Assembly: GCA_963716725.1 (NCBI GenBank)
Contig: CAVQUB010000021.1
Location: forward strand, 160,001 to 224,000
DNA length: 64,000 nt
Direction: 5' to 3'
Origin: an uncultured delta proteobacterium
GTDB lineage: Bacteria; Myxococcota_A; Polyangia; Polyangiales; Polyangiaceae
Made by a program: the position numbers and the translations under genes. Of this stretch, positions 10,137 through 23,584 are shown piece after piece; position 1 is the first letter of the stretch, and each line of letters begins with the position of its first letter. The notes beneath the pieces are model-generated. The model saw only the letters and a program-made list of their open reading frames with translations, searched no databases and was not told the DNA's origin.

Positions 10137-10682
10137 GTGCCCGCCTACGTTCGACGCAGCGGCAAGCGATCGCCACCGCTCGCTGCGGGCACCGTTCGCA
10201 CCCTCGCGACTCGCATGCTCTCAGGGCTCGGGCTCGAGCGGGCCGAGCTCAGCGTGCTGCTGACTGACGACGCGACCATCCGCGAGCTCAATCGGCAGTG
10301 GCGGCAGCAAGACAAGCCCACCGACGTGCTCGCTTTCCCCATCGACGAGCGCGCGGGTCGAGCCGCGCACGAGCGCTCGAGCGACGCGCTTCGCGATACC
10401 CGGAGGGGTGGCGGAAAAGATTTGATCCTGGGAGACGTCGTGATTTCGCTGGAGACCGCGGCACACCAGGCACGCTCGCGTCGGCGCGAGCTTTCCGAAG
10501 AAGTCCGCTTCTTGCTCGCGCACGGCCTGCTGCACCTGATCGGATTCGACCACGCAGACGCGGACGAGAAGCGGGAGATGGTCGCCGCCACGCGTCGGCT
10601 GGTGAAGGCAGCGGCCGCTCCGACCACGAGCAAACCGCCGCCAGCTACGCCGCGCCGACCCCGAAAGTCGCGCTCGGCGTAG
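10137..10682 (+). CDS. ybeY: rRNA maturation endoribonuclease YbeY
   Basis: LNRQWR.QDKPTDVLAFP, LGDVVIS, HGLLHLIGFDH. Confidence 0.95.
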   Translation: MPAYVRRSGKRSPPLAAGTVRTLATRMLSGLGLERAELSVLLTDDATIRELNRQWRQQDKPTDVLAFPIDERAGRAAHERSSDALRDTRRGGGKDLILGDVVISLETAAHQARSRRRELSEEVRFLLAHGLLHLIGFDHADADEKREMVAATRRLVKAAAAPTTSKPPPATPRRPRKSRSA

Positions 10683-10931
10683 ACGGTCCATCGCGCTGGA
10701 TCCGCATGGCGACAGGGGCAAATTGCTGCCGATCGGGGCCCCAACCAGCCGCGGAGCCAAAAAAAAGGCGTTTTTGTGTGTCTCGCCATCGAATTTCGCT
10801 TGAACGGCGGAAATTCCCTTGTTACCTGTCGCGTGCCTTGTACGGCTCTCGCGATGACCTCATGGGTTCACGGGGTGGCCTAGAGGGCGGGACACGGCGA
10901 AAAGCTCAAGTTTCTATTCAGGAGGCGAGAT

Positions 10932-11243
10932 ATGGCTGGCAAGAGGCTGACGAAGGCTCAGGTAGTTGGAGAGGTCGCGAGTGTGACCGAGTTGGACAAG
11001 AAGAGCGTGAACCGTGTGTTCGAGGCGCTGCAGGAGATCATCCGCAAGCAGCTCTCAGCGCGTGGCCCCGGCGAGTTCGTGGTGCCGGGTCTGGTGAAGC
11101 TCCGCGTGGTGAAGAAGCCCGCGACCAAGGAGCGCCAGGGCATCAACCCGTTCACCAAGGAACCGATCACGATCCCGGCGAAGCCGGCGAGCAAGAAGGT
11201 CCGCGCGACCGCCCTCAAGGCGCTCAAAGATCTGGTGCAGTGA
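10932..11243 (+). CDS. HU-family DNA-binding protein
   Basis: FVVPGLVKL...RQGINPFTKEPITIPAKPA arm motif; AGGAGG RBS; basic 103 aa. Confidence 0.93.
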   Translation: MAGKRLTKAQVVGEVASVTELDKKSVNRVFEALQEIIRKQLSARGPGEFVVPGLVKLRVVKKPATKERQGINPFTKEPITIPAKPASKKVRATALKALKDLVQ

Positions 11244-11784
11244 TCGACACGGCTCGGTGATCTCGCGCGAAGCGAGCCCGAATGCCCGCTGCGTCCCCGG
11301 CTCTCGAAAGGGAGTCGGGGATTCGTCGTTTGTGGGGACGTCCTCGCTGCGTCTCATGGCGCGCGTACAGGCGCTCGAGGCCGCGCCAGACGGCGGCGTA
11401 GCGTGACAGCTCGGCAGCCAGCGCTTGGCGGCCCACGTTCAGCGTGGGAGCGACGAGGCCGGCGGAGGCGAGGCCCGCGATCAAGCGATCCATCGCTGCC
11501 ACCGCTTGGGTTCGGTCGCTGCCCTCGGCGGTAGTGGCGACCACTGCGGCGAGCGCTTCGACGACGGCCGCGGGCACCGGACGCACCCCGTGCTCGAGCC
11601 CCACCGGCACGAGCACGTGCTCGCGGCGCAAGCGCCAGTCGATCCCGGAACAGGGTTCGCCCCAGGTACGCAGCCGGCGCCGATCGCCGGAGGCAGCCTC
11701 GTACTCACCATCTCCGAACAACACGAAGAGGGGCGCGCTCGACGAAGCTTCGCCGCTGAGCTGCATGTTCTTGTCGATTGCCAC
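11224..11784 (-). CDS. Hypothetical protein (3' end doubtful)
   Basis: Best ORF filling the gap; runs across the HU terminator and into HU; no motif recognised. Confidence 0.35.
   Translation of the reverse strand: MAIDKNMQLSGEASSSAPLFVLFGDGEYEAASGDRRRLRTWGEPCSGIDWRLRREHVLVPVGLEHGVRPVPAAVVEALAAVVATTAEGSDRTQAVAAMDRLIAGLASAGLVAPTLNVGRQALAAELSRYAAVWRGLERLYARHETQRGRPHKRRIPDSLSRAGDAAGIRARFARDHRAVSITAPDL
11294..11332 (+). terminator. Likely intrinsic terminator after the HU gene
   Basis: 12-bp stem TCCCCGGCTCTC-GAAA-GGGAGTCGGGGA followed by T-rich TTCGTCGTTTG. Confidence 0.7.
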
Positions 11785-11950
11785 GGGGATCTCCGCGAGT
11801 GCTGATGCCGTCGCTCGAGTCGTGGGTCGAGCGCATCAGTAAGCGAGCGACGCAGGATGTGGTCTCAGGTGCGAGCGTTGGCTGCGATTATCGGCACCCC
11901 GCCGCGCCGACGGGGTAGACTCGAGCCTTCCCCCTTAGAGGTCACACGCC

Positions 11951-14359
11951 ATGATGCGCTCGCTTCGCTCGCTCGGGGCTGCTGCACTCTGTGCTGGAGT
12001 CTGGATCATGTCCTGCTCGCTCACGGCGGAGGACAACCTCGCGGGCGGCGGCAGCGGCGGGACAGCCGCCAGCGCCGGGGACGCCGGTGCAACGGGGGGC
12101 GCAGACTCCGGGAAGGATGCGAACGGCGACGGCAGCGGCAGCTGCCCGACTGGCTTCGACGACTGCGACGGAGACGGCAAGAACGGGTGCGAGACCAACG
12201 TGGCCCAGGACCCCAGCAACTGCGGCGCCTGCTCCAAGCAATGCGCCAGCGGCGGCGGAAGCGCCACCTGCACGGCGGGCGTCTGCGGCACTTCGAACTG
12301 CCCGGCGCCCACCGCGGATTGCAACGGCACCCCCGCGAGCTGCGAGACGAACCTCCAAACTTCCGTCCAGAATTGCGGATTCTGCGGCAACGCTTGCAGC
12401 CCATTGAACGCGACAGGCACCTGCGTCGCCGGGCAGTGCGGCATGGGCGCCTGCAGCTCTGGCTTCGGCGACTGCGACAGCAACCCGGCCACTGGCTGCG
12501 AAGCGTCACTCAGCACGCTGACCGATTGCGGCTCCTGCGGCAGCGTGTGCGCCATCGCCAACGCGACGGCTTCGTGCTCCACGGGCACCTGCCAGTTCGC
12601 CCAGTGCAGCGCGGGCTTCGACAACTGTGACTCCGTCGCGAACAACGGCTGCGAAACCAACGTGCAGCAGGACCCGAAGAACTGTGGCACGTGCGGCAAC
12701 GCCTGCCCCGCCTCCGGCGGCACTCCGATCTGCAACGCCGGCGTTTGCGGCGTCTCGTCGTGCACGGCGCCAAACGGCGACTGTGACGGCAATGCCTCGA
12801 CCTGCGAAACGAACCTGCACACCTCCCTGCAAAACTGCGGTTTCTGCGGCAATGCCTGCAACGCATCGAACGCCACTCCAACTTGCACCACCGGAACCTG
12901 CGGGATCGGGGCTTGCACCAGCGGCTTTGGCAACTGCGACTCCAACGCCAGCAACGGCTGCGAAACCGCGCTGAGCAGCCTGAGCAACTGCGGGACCTGC
13001 GGCAAGACTTGCTCGTTCCCCAACGCAAATGCCTCGTGCGCCACGGGCACGTGCGTGTTTTCGAGCTGCGTGACCGGCTTCGGCAACTGCGACAACAACA
13101 CCAGCAACGGCTGCGAGGCCGCGCTCAATCTGCCGACAAAGTGCGGGAGCTGCACCACCAGCTGTCCGACCCTTCTGAACTCCACGCCGACCTGCAACGG
13201 AACGACTTGCGGCTTCGCTTGTAGCCCGGGCTTCGGGGACTGCACCTCCTCTTCGGGCTGCGAGACCAACATCAACACCACGGTCTCGCGCTGTGGCTCC
13301 TGCTCCAACAACTGCTCTTCGACGGCGCCGCCCTACACCACCCCCACTTGCGTCGGCGGCGCCTGTCAATTTGAATGCCAGTATGGGCGCGCGGACTGCA
13401 CGGCTGCGCCGGGATGCGAGACGGACGTCCTCAGCAACTCGGCCAACTGCGGGGCCTGCGGGCACGACTGCCTGGGTGGCAGTTGCAGCAGCGGCATGTG
13501 TCCGACCACCATCCTCGCCAACAATCAGGATGAGGTTCAGTCGATTGCCCTCGACGGCAGCCACGTCTACTTCACCTGCCAGGGCAGTTGGGACGGGGTG
13601 AAGAAGGCGCCCAAGCTCTCGGGCGGCGTCACCACCATCGAGTCGACCTCGTCGGCGCGGGGCCTGGGCGTCGACGCATCCAATACTTTCTGGGCGCAAA
13701 GTGGCGGCATCATGCGGGACACTCTGACCAGCGGAGCAACCCCCACGTCTCTCACCAGCGTGTCGTCGCCCTACGGGGTCGCGCTCGACGCGACCCACGT
13801 CTACTTCACCGCGGGGTCGAGCAGCGGCAACGTCCAGCGCATCGGGAAAACCGGCGCGGGGCTGGAGACAATCTTGGCGATTCAGTCCACGCCCCGCGGC
13901 ATCGCGGTGGACGACACCTACGTCTTCTGGGCCAATCAGGGCGGATCCGTCTTGGCGGCCCACAAGATTTCGCTCGCTGCGACCACGCTGGCTACCGGAC
14001 AGTCGAGCCCGGAGGGAGTCGCGGCAGACGGCACCAACGTCTACTGGACGAACCGCTCTTCGAGCGGCTCAGTCTGGGCGCGCAAGCGCGACGCCAGCGC
14101 CGGCGCGTTCAGCATCGACTCGAGCGAGCAGTCGCCCCATGGCATCGCCGTCGATGCCAACTATGTCTACTGGACCAGCACGAACGCGAGTCAAGGCTAT
14201 GTGAAGAGGGCACCGAAGACCGGCGCTGGCCCGACACTGATCATCGCGCAAGTGCCCAACAGCTCCCAAGACCCGATACCCCTGGCCATCGACGCAAACT
14301 ACGCCTACTTCGCCGCAGGGGGCAGCGGCAACGTGAGCATCTACCAAGTCGCCAAATAA
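11951..14359 (+). CDS. Lipoprotein with many Cys-rich (STIG1-like) repeats and C-terminal beta-propeller
   Basis: IMSC lipobox; repeats GFxDCD...GCET...NCGxCGxxC; C-terminal GIAVDxxYVYW blades. Confidence 0.88.
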   Translation: MMRSLRSLGAAALCAGVWIMSCSLTAEDNLAGGGSGGTAASAGDAGATGGADSGKDANGDGSGSCPTGFDDCDGDGKNGCETNVAQDPSNCGACSKQCASGGGSATCTAGVCGTSNCPAPTADCNGTPASCETNLQTSVQNCGFCGNACSPLNATGTCVAGQCGMGACSSGFGDCDSNPATGCEASLSTLTDCGSCGSVCAIANATASCSTGTCQFAQCSAGFDNCDSVANNGCETNVQQDPKNCGTCGNACPASGGTPICNAGVCGVSSCTAPNGDCDGNASTCETNLHTSLQNCGFCGNACNASNATPTCTTGTCGIGACTSGFGNCDSNASNGCETALSSLSNCGTCGKTCSFPNANASCATGTCVFSSCVTGFGNCDNNTSNGCEAALNLPTKCGSCTTSCPTLLNSTPTCNGTTCGFACSPGFGDCTSSSGCETNINTTVSRCGSCSNNCSSTAPPYTTPTCVGGACQFECQYGRADCTAAPGCETDVLSNSANCGACGHDCLGGSCSSGMCPTTILANNQDEVQSIALDGSHVYFTCQGSWDGVKKAPKLSGGVTTIESTSSARGLGVDASNTFWAQSGGIMRDTLTSGATPTSLTSVSSPYGVALDATHVYFTAGSSSGNVQRIGKTGAGLETILAIQSTPRGIAVDDTYVFWANQGGSVLAAHKISLAATTLATGQSSPEGVAADGTNVYWTNRSSSGSVWARKRDASAGAFSIDSSEQSPHGIAVDANYVYWTSTNASQGYVKRAPKTGAGPTLIIAQVPNSSQDPIPLAIDANYAYFAAGGSGNVSIYQVAK

Positions 14360-14374
14360 CACCCGACCAAGACC

Positions 14375-15928
14375 GTGATCTCCGACTCGCCCCCATCCGT
14401 CCGCATCATCGGCCGCTACGCGCTGCATCAAGAGATCGCGGCGGGTGGCATGGCCTCGGTGCACGTCGGGCGTCTCTTGGGACTGGCCGGGTTTTCGCGG
14501 ACGGTCGCCATCAAGCGGCTGCATCCGCACTTCGCCAAGGACCAAGAGTTCCTGGACATGTTCCTGGACGAGGCCCGCCTCGCGGCGCGCATCCGTCACC
14601 CCAACGTCGTCTCCACCCTCGATGTCGTTGCGCTCGAGGGCGAGCTCTTCATCGTGATGGACTACGTCCAGGGTGAATCGCTCTCGAAGCTGCTCCGCAC
14701 GAGCAGAAAGGCCGGCCAGCTCGTGCCGACGCCGATCGCGGTGAGCGTCTTCCTCGGCGTGCTCTACGGATTGCACGCGGCCCACGAAGCCAGGGACGAA
14801 CGCGGAGAACCGCTCGGCGTGGTGCACCGCGACGTCTCGCCGCAGAACATCCTGGTGGACACCGACGGCGCTGCGCGCGTCGTGGACTTTGGCGTGGCCA
14901 AAGCCGTCGGCCGCCTGCAGTCCACCCGGGAGGGTCAGCTCAAGGGCAAGCTGGCCTACATGTCTCCGGAGCAGGTCAAGGGCCAGCCGGTGGATCGCCG
15001 CACCGACGTGTTCGCGGCATCCGTCGTGCTCTGGGAAATGCTGACGGGCGCCCGTTTGTTTCAAGGCGACAGCGAAGCAGCGACCTACGCCAAGCTGATT
15101 GACGGCGTGATCGAGCCGCCGGGCAAGTACGCCAAGGATCTGCCCCAGGCTCTCGACGCCATCGTGCGGCGCGGTCTCGAACGCAACCCGGACGAGCGCT
15201 ACCCGACCGCCCTGGCAATGGCCGAGGATCTCGAGGGGATCGTCGCGCTGCCCTCGCCGCGCGAGGTCGGCAAGTGGGTGCGGGAGGTGGCCGGCGAAAC
15301 ACTGGCACAGCGGGCGAAACAGGTCGCCCAGGTCGAGGGCCACTCCGAGGTCAACGACATGTTACGCCAAGGGCTCGCGGATGCATCGGGGGCGCACGCA
15401 GCGCTCAGCGCCGAGTCCGAGGACGCGCCGACCCTGCTCCGACCGGAAGTCGCGTCGAGCCCGGTCCTGATCCACGAGGCTCAGAGCTCGTCGCAAGTGT
15501 CGAGCCTCAACATCGGCAGGACGCGGCCCCCGCCCGAGCGCATCGACACTCGCTCGCAGCTCAAGTTGATCTTGGGTCTGATCGCCGCGGGCCTGGCCCT
15601 CGCTCTGGTGCTGGCGCTGGTGATCGGCTTCGGCACGCGGTTCAAGGCGCGCCCGCCGGAGCCCGCCGCTGGCCCCGTGGTCGCCGCGACGCCTCCGCCG
15701 AAGGCCGAACTGGCCGAGCCGACGGCCGAGCCGGCCGCGGAGGTCACTCCGCCGCCCCCGGAGCCGACCGCCGAAGCCACACCCGCGGATGCGGAACCCA
15801 GCGCGATTCCCACCGCGTCGCCTCCGCCGAAGGCCCGGGTCACGAAGCAGGCGCCTCCCCCCAGCTGCAATCCGCCTTACACGCTGGACAAGGACGGAAC
15901 GCGCATCCCGAAGCTCGAGTGCTACTGA
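14375..15928 (+). CDS. Membrane Hanks-type Ser/Thr protein kinase
   Basis: AAGGMASV, VAIKRL, HRDVSPQN, DFG, YMSPEQ; TM helix; Pro-rich tail ending CNPPYTLDKDGTRIPKLECY. Confidence 0.95.
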   Translation: MISDSPPSVRIIGRYALHQEIAAGGMASVHVGRLLGLAGFSRTVAIKRLHPHFAKDQEFLDMFLDEARLAARIRHPNVVSTLDVVALEGELFIVMDYVQGESLSKLLRTSRKAGQLVPTPIAVSVFLGVLYGLHAAHEARDERGEPLGVVHRDVSPQNILVDTDGAARVVDFGVAKAVGRLQSTREGQLKGKLAYMSPEQVKGQPVDRRTDVFAASVVLWEMLTGARLFQGDSEAATYAKLIDGVIEPPGKYAKDLPQALDAIVRRGLERNPDERYPTALAMAEDLEGIVALPSPREVGKWVREVAGETLAQRAKQVAQVEGHSEVNDMLRQGLADASGAHAALSAESEDAPTLLRPEVASSPVLIHEAQSSSQVSSLNIGRTRPPPERIDTRSQLKLILGLIAAGLALALVLALVIGFGTRFKARPPEPAAGPVVAATPPPKAELAEPTAEPAAEVTPPPPEPTAEATPADAEPSAIPTASPPPKARVTKQAPPPSCNPPYTLDKDGTRIPKLECY

Positions 15929-15941
15929 CGCCCCGGCGGCT

Positions 15942-16787
15942 TCAGAAGTTTCCCTGCGCCGAGAGCGTGCCACCGCCGCGGGTGGGCGAGAGCCCGATCG
16001 CCGGGCCGCTGGGGGCCTTGAGATACAAGTAGGTCCCGACGCCCAGCGCCGCGAGGCCGATCCCGAGCGAGATGTCCGCAATCAAGAGCTTGCGGTGCGC
16101 CGCGTCCACGTCGCCTTGGTCGCAGTTCGGAGCGCAACGGCTCTTCAGATCAGACTCGTCGCTCTTGCCGGTCAGACCGAAGTAAGCGAAACCGGTGATG
16201 CCCACCACGCCGACGCCGCCGAGCACGAGCATGACCGGGGTGACGCGCCGGGTGGGCTTGGGTGGCGGTGGCGCTTCCACGGGCGGGGGAGCCGCGACGC
16301 GCTCCACCTTCTTCGCAAAGGCGAGCTCGACCTGTTTCTTCTTCTCCCCGCGTGCAAGGGTCACAGCTTGCTCGACGGGCTCGAGACCCGGAGCTTCGAC
16401 CCGAAATTGGTGGGTGCCGGGTTCCAGCTCGATCGATCCATCGGCGGGCAGCGAGATCCGCTGGCCGTCGATCTGGACGTCCGCGTCGGAGAGCGCCGAC
16501 CCGTCGGGGCCTCTGACCACCAGCACCACACCCGCCATCGCAGCCTCCACCTCGCTCGACCACTGCCGGCAGTCTTTCACCATGCCCGCTGGACAAGCCG
16601 GGTTCAGGCACAGCTCCAGCTGAACCCGAGCGTCTCGAAGCTTGTCTTCGCGCGAGAGCTTCTGGGCCTGAACGTAGGCCGCCGCGCATTCCTTCTTTCC
16701 CAACTTGGCCTGCGCTCCTGCGGGCGCGGCGCCGAGTCCCACGCAAGCTAGGGCGAGAGCGGCAAGGAGGGCGCGGATCCGGTCCAT
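15942..16787 (-). CDS. PEGA-domain secreted/outer-membrane protein
   Basis: Signal peptide; helical Cys-paired N-domain; VQIDG...LEPGTHQFRVEAPG; hydrophobic helices; ends LSAQGNF. Confidence 0.8.
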   Translation of the reverse strand: MDRIRALLAALALACVGLGAAPAGAQAKLGKKECAAAYVQAQKLSREDKLRDARVQLELCLNPACPAGMVKDCRQWSSEVEAAMAGVVLVVRGPDGSALSDADVQIDGQRISLPADGSIELEPGTHQFRVEAPGLEPVEQAVTLARGEKKKQVELAFAKKVERVAAPPPVEAPPPPKPTRRVTPVMLVLGGVGVVGITGFAYFGLTGKSDESDLKSRCAPNCDQGDVDAAHRKLLIADISLGIGLAALGVGTYLYLKAPSGPAIGLSPTRGGGTLSAQGNF

Positions 16788-16880
16788 CGCTGCGGATTGT
16801 CGCAGATCGTCGCGCGAATTGCAGCAGTAGGCCGGCAAAGGTTCTCGAGCAGGTGGACCAACCCGTCCGCTGGGGGGCTC

Positions 16881-17549
16881 TTAGGAGCCGTACTTGACCG
16901 AGCAGCCGTAGGCTTCGGTGCGGCTCACGGGAACCGCGCGCCCGCCCTCGAGCGCCTCGAGCGCTTGATCGACGTAGCTCACGAGCTTGCCGTCGGTCGG
17001 CGATTCACCCTCCCCGTCCGGCGAGTTGTCGATGGCGCCCGCGTAGACGAGCACGCCTTTGGCGTCGATGACGAACATGTGTGGCGTGTTCGTCGCACCG
17101 TACTTGCGCCCGACCGCGCCGCTCTCGTCGAGCAGCACGGGATACTTGATCCCGAAACGTTCGGCCGCCTCGCGGTTGGTCTCGACCCCGTGCCCTTGCT
17201 TGCCCGGCGCGCCGGAGTTGATCGCCAGCCACACCACCTGCGGATCCGCGCCCCAGCGGCTGCCCGTCCCGCGGAGCGAACCCTTCTGGTGCGCGCGCTG
17301 CACGTAGGGGCAGCCCGGGTTGAACCACTCGAGCACCACGATCTTTCCCGCAAAGCTCGACAGCTTCACCGACTTGCCCGCCACATCCCGGAGCTCGAAG
17401 TCGGGGGCCAGCGCGCCGAGCGTGGCGCTATCCTGATCTCGACCCGGCGCCGCGGACGGGGCGACCTCCGACGCGGGGAGCGTCGCCTTGGGCGAGTTGC
17501 ACGCGAGGGACCCGAGCGACACGAGGAACCAGGTGAGCCGAGAGCGCAT
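16881..17549 (-). CDS. AhpC/TSA-type thioredoxin-family lipoprotein
   Basis: SLAC lipobox; APDFEL, EWFNPGCPYV, YGATNTPHMFVID, YAGAIDN, YGCSVKY. Confidence 0.9.
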   Translation of the reverse strand: MRSRLTWFLVSLGSLACNSPKATLPASEVAPSAAPGRDQDSATLGALAPDFELRDVAGKSVKLSSFAGKIVVLEWFNPGCPYVQRAHQKGSLRGTGSRWGADPQVVWLAINSGAPGKQGHGVETNREAAERFGIKYPVLLDESGAVGRKYGATNTPHMFVIDAKGVLVYAGAIDNSPDGEGESPTDGKLVSYVDQALEALEGGRAVPVSRTEAYGCSVKYGS

Positions 17550-17677
17550 GGTTCCCAGCACTTAGGTGTGCGTCACGCTCAACGCAAGGGCGGCCATGCT
17601 GTTCGCGGGGCTCGCGATCCCGCTGCTGTTCTGCGCTTGGGGCCGGCGTCCACGCGTGGAACCCTCGGTCAACGCCC

Positions 17678-20296
<2,619 letters not shown>

Positions 20297-20381
20297 TCTT
20301 CCGTGTCCCTTTCGATCTCGGCGTGCCCTCGCTACCCTGCGGCGCCCGCTCCGGTCGGCGGAGCGAAACCAAAGGGAACCG

Positions 20382-21385
20382 ATGCAGCTCGGCATGGTGG
20401 GTCTGGGACGAATGGGCGCCAACATGGTGAGGCGCTTGATGCGCGGCGGTCACGAGTGCGTGGTCTCCGATCCGAGTGCCCCGGCGGTCGACGCCTTGGT
20501 GAAAGAGGGAGCCACCGGGGCTTCATCCCTCGAGGACCTGGTGATGAAGCTGGCGAAGCCACGGGCAATCTGCCTAATGCTGCCCGCGGCCATCACGGAC
20601 GCAGTCGCCGATCAAGTCGCCGCCCACCTGGAGCCCGGCGACACGCTGATCGACGGCGGCAACTCCCACTATCAGGACGACATTCTGCGAGCGAAGCGCC
20701 TCGCAACTCGGGGCATCCACTGCGTCGACATGGGCACCAGCGGCGGCGTGTTGGGCCTCGATCGCGGCTACTGCCTGATGATCGGGGGCGAGACGGAGGT
20801 CGTGCGGCGCCTCGACCCCATCTTCAAGACGCTCGCGCCGGGGCGGGGCGACATCCCGCGCACGCCTCACGCCGTGAGCGGCACGGCCGAGGAAGGCTAC
20901 CTACACTGCGGTCCGCCGGGCGGCGGTCACTTCGTCAAGATGATCCACAACGGGATCGAATACGGAATGATGGCGGCCTACGCCGAGGGCCTGAACATCC
21001 TGGCCAACGCCGACATCGGCAAGCGCTCCCACGAAAAGGATGCTGAGACGACGCCCCTCAGAAACCCCGAGCACTATCAGTTCGACTTCGACCTCGCGGC
21101 CATCACCGAGGTCTGGCGCCGCGGCAGCGTCGTCAGCTCATGGCTGCTCGACCTCACGGCGCAGGCCCTGGCGTCCGATCCGACCTTGGAAAATTTCGGG
21201 GAAAGGTCTCCGACTCCGGCGAAGGCCGCTGGACACTCGCCGCGGCGAACGATCTGGGCGTGCCGGCGCACGTGCTCGCGGCGTCGCTCTTCGAGCGCTT
21301 TGCGTCGCGCAATCTCGACCTTTTTCAGAATAAAGTGCTGTCCGCGATGCGCCGGGGCTTCGGCGGGCACTTGGAGAAGAAGTAG
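20382..21385 (+). CDS. gnd: 6-phosphogluconate dehydrogenase (decarboxylating, short type), one frameshift
   Basis: [26 protein letters not shown]; continues in another frame as [12 protein letters not shown]...AMRRGFGGH; one G missing at GGGG 21198-21201. Confidence 0.92.
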
Positions 21386-21387
21386 CC

Positions 21388-22794
21388 ATGCAGACGCCCG
21401 CCGCGCCCGCCGCCAAGCCACGCTCCGACGCGCTCGTCTTCTTCGGCGCGACGGGCGACCTCGCCTACAAGAAGATCTTCCCTGCGCTCCAGGCCATGGC
21501 CAAGCGTGGCAAGCTGGACTTCCCGGTGGTTGGGGTGGCGCGCTCGGGTCAGGATCTGCCACAGCTGATCGAGCGAGCCCGAGCCAGCTGCAGGGAGTAC
21601 GGCGGACTGGACGAGAGCGCGTTCGCGCAGCTCGCCCGCCAGCTCAGGTACGTCGACGGGGACTACGCCGATGAGAAGACCTTCGCGGCGCTCAAGGCCG
21701 AGCTCTCGGGTGCCCAGCGGCCCACGCACTACCTGGCGATCCCGCCGAGCATGTTCGCCACGGTGATCGAAAACCTAGGCAAGTCGGGCTGCGCCGCGGG
21801 CGGGTGCGTGGTCGTCGAGAAACCCTTCGGGCGCGACCTCCGGTCGGCGCGCGAGCTCAACGCGATCATCCACGCCGTGTTCGCTGAAGATTCGGTCTTC
21901 CGCATCGACCATTACCTGGGCAAGGAGGCGGTGCAGAACATCCTGTACTTCCGCTTCGCGAACGCCTTCCTGGAGCCGATCATGAATCGGCACTACGTCG
22001 AGAACGTGCAGATCACGATGGCGGAGAGCTTCGGCGTCAAAGGGCGCGGCAAGTTCTACGACGAGACGGGTGTGATCCGGGACGTGATCCAGAATCACTT
22101 GCTGCAAATCGTGAGCTATCTGGCCATGGAAGCCCCGTCGTCCATCATCCCGGAGGCCATCCGCGACGAGCAGGCAAAGGTGCTTCGCACGGTGCGGCCG
22201 CTGAGCCCAGACCAAATGGTCCGGGGTCAGTTCAGGGGCTATCGGGACGAGCCCGGTGTCGCCGTGGACTCCTACATGGCCACCTATGCGGCGCTTCGCT
22301 TGTACGTCGACTCGTGGCGCTGGGAGGGCGTGCCCTTCTACGTTCGCGCGGGCAAGTCCCTCGCGACGACCACCACCGAGGTCATGGTCGAGTTCAAGAA
22401 CCCACCTCAGGTGGTGTTCAACGAGCCGGCTCCTTCCATGGGCAACTACATCCGATTCCGGCTGAGCCCAGAGGTGCAGATCGCGATGGGAGCGCGTGCC
22501 AAACGCCCCGGAGAGGGCATGACCGGCAGGCCGATGGAACTCTCCGTGGTCGATCAAGCGCAGCCTGAGCAGCACGGGGTCCGCCTCGGTGACTACGAGC
22601 GCCTGCTCGGCGACGCGATGGGCGGAGACGCAACGCTCTTCGCCCGCACTGACGTGGTGGAGGCCGCCTGGGCCATCGTCGATCCGGTGATTCACGGTCC
22701 GAGCCGCATGTTCGAGTACGAGCCCGGCACCTGGGGACCCAAAGAGGCCGACGAGCTGACCGAAGAGGTCGGAGGATGGAACACGCCGTCATGA
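21388..22794 (+). CDS. zwf: Glucose-6-phosphate 1-dehydrogenase
   Basis: [42 protein letters not shown]. Confidence 0.96.
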   Translation: MQTPAAPAAKPRSDALVFFGATGDLAYKKIFPALQAMAKRGKLDFPVVGVARSGQDLPQLIERARASCREYGGLDESAFAQLARQLRYVDGDYADEKTFAALKAELSGAQRPTHYLAIPPSMFATVIENLGKSGCAAGGCVVVEKPFGRDLRSARELNAIIHAVFAEDSVFRIDHYLGKEAVQNILYFRFANAFLEPIMNRHYVENVQITMAESFGVKGRGKFYDETGVIRDVIQNHLLQIVSYLAMEAPSSIIPEAIRDEQAKVLRTVRPLSPDQMVRGQFRGYRDEPGVAVDSYMATYAALRLYVDSWRWEGVPFYVRAGKSLATTTTEVMVEFKNPPQVVFNEPAPSMGNYIRFRLSPEVQIAMGARAKRPGEGMTGRPMELSVVDQAQPEQHGVRLGDYERLLGDAMGGDATLFARTDVVEAAWAIVDPVIHGPSRMFEYEPGTWGPKEADELTEEVGGWNTPS

Positions 22795-23486
22795 GCAAAG
22801 CCAAAGCATCAAAGCCCGCGGCGCCGGATCCGAAGGCCATCTTGGTCATCGACGTCGGAGGCAACAACGTCAAGGTTGCCCTAGGCCATCACGACCAACC
22901 GGTGAAGGTCCCGTCCGGGCGCGACATGACCGCCCAACAGATGATCGATGACGTGGTGCAGGCGACGCGAGACTGGAAGTACGAGGCCGTGAGCATCGGT
23001 TTTCCGGGTTCGGTGAAGGCGGGTCGACCCGCGCGCGAGCCCGCGAACCTGGCCGATGGCTGGGTCACGACGGACTTTGCCGCGGCGTTCGGCAGGCCCG
23101 TCCGCATCGTCAACGACGCCGCGCTTCAGGCGCTCGGCGCCCACGAAGGTGGCCGCATGCTCTTCCTCGGTCTGGGCACGGGGCTGGGCTCGACGCTGGT
23201 CAGCGATCTGGAGTTCGACCCGCTCGAGCTCGCACACCTGCCCTATCGAAAGGGCGGCAGCTTCGAGGACTACGTCGGCGAGCGTGGGCTCCTGCGCCTC
23301 GGCAAGAAGAAGTGGACCCGCCATGTCTTCCGGGTGGTGGCGCTGCTGCGCGACGCGCTTCAGGCGGACTACGTCGTGCTCGGCGGTGGTCAGACCAAGA
23401 AGCTGAAGACTGTCCCGCCGGGCGTGCGCCTGGGCGCGGGCAACGCCGCCATCGTCGGTGGCGTGCGCCTCTGGACGCGGCCCTAG
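22791..23486 (+). CDS. ROK-family sugar kinase (polyphosphate glucokinase-like)
   Basis: [35 protein letters not shown] overlap with zwf. Confidence 0.85.
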   Translation: MSKAKASKPAAPDPKAILVIDVGGNNVKVALGHHDQPVKVPSGRDMTAQQMIDDVVQATRDWKYEAVSIGFPGSVKAGRPAREPANLADGWVTTDFAAAFGRPVRIVNDAALQALGAHEGGRMLFLGLGTGLGSTLVSDLEFDPLELAHLPYRKGGSFEDYVGERGLLRLGKKKWTRHVFRVVALLRDALQADYVVLGGGQTKKLKTVPPGVRLGAGNAAIVGGVRLWTRP

Positions 23487-23584
23487 TCGCCGGCTAGCGC
23501 AAAGGAGCCGTTTCAACGCACGCGACCAACGCGGGCAGCACCGCGACCCACAGGGCTTTCATGCCAGCAACGCGGCCCCCGGGG

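Noticed and set aside
21190..21210. Programmed ribosomal frameshift in gnd
   Set aside because: No precedent known to me; a homopolymer deletion fits the indel pattern elsewhere in the window
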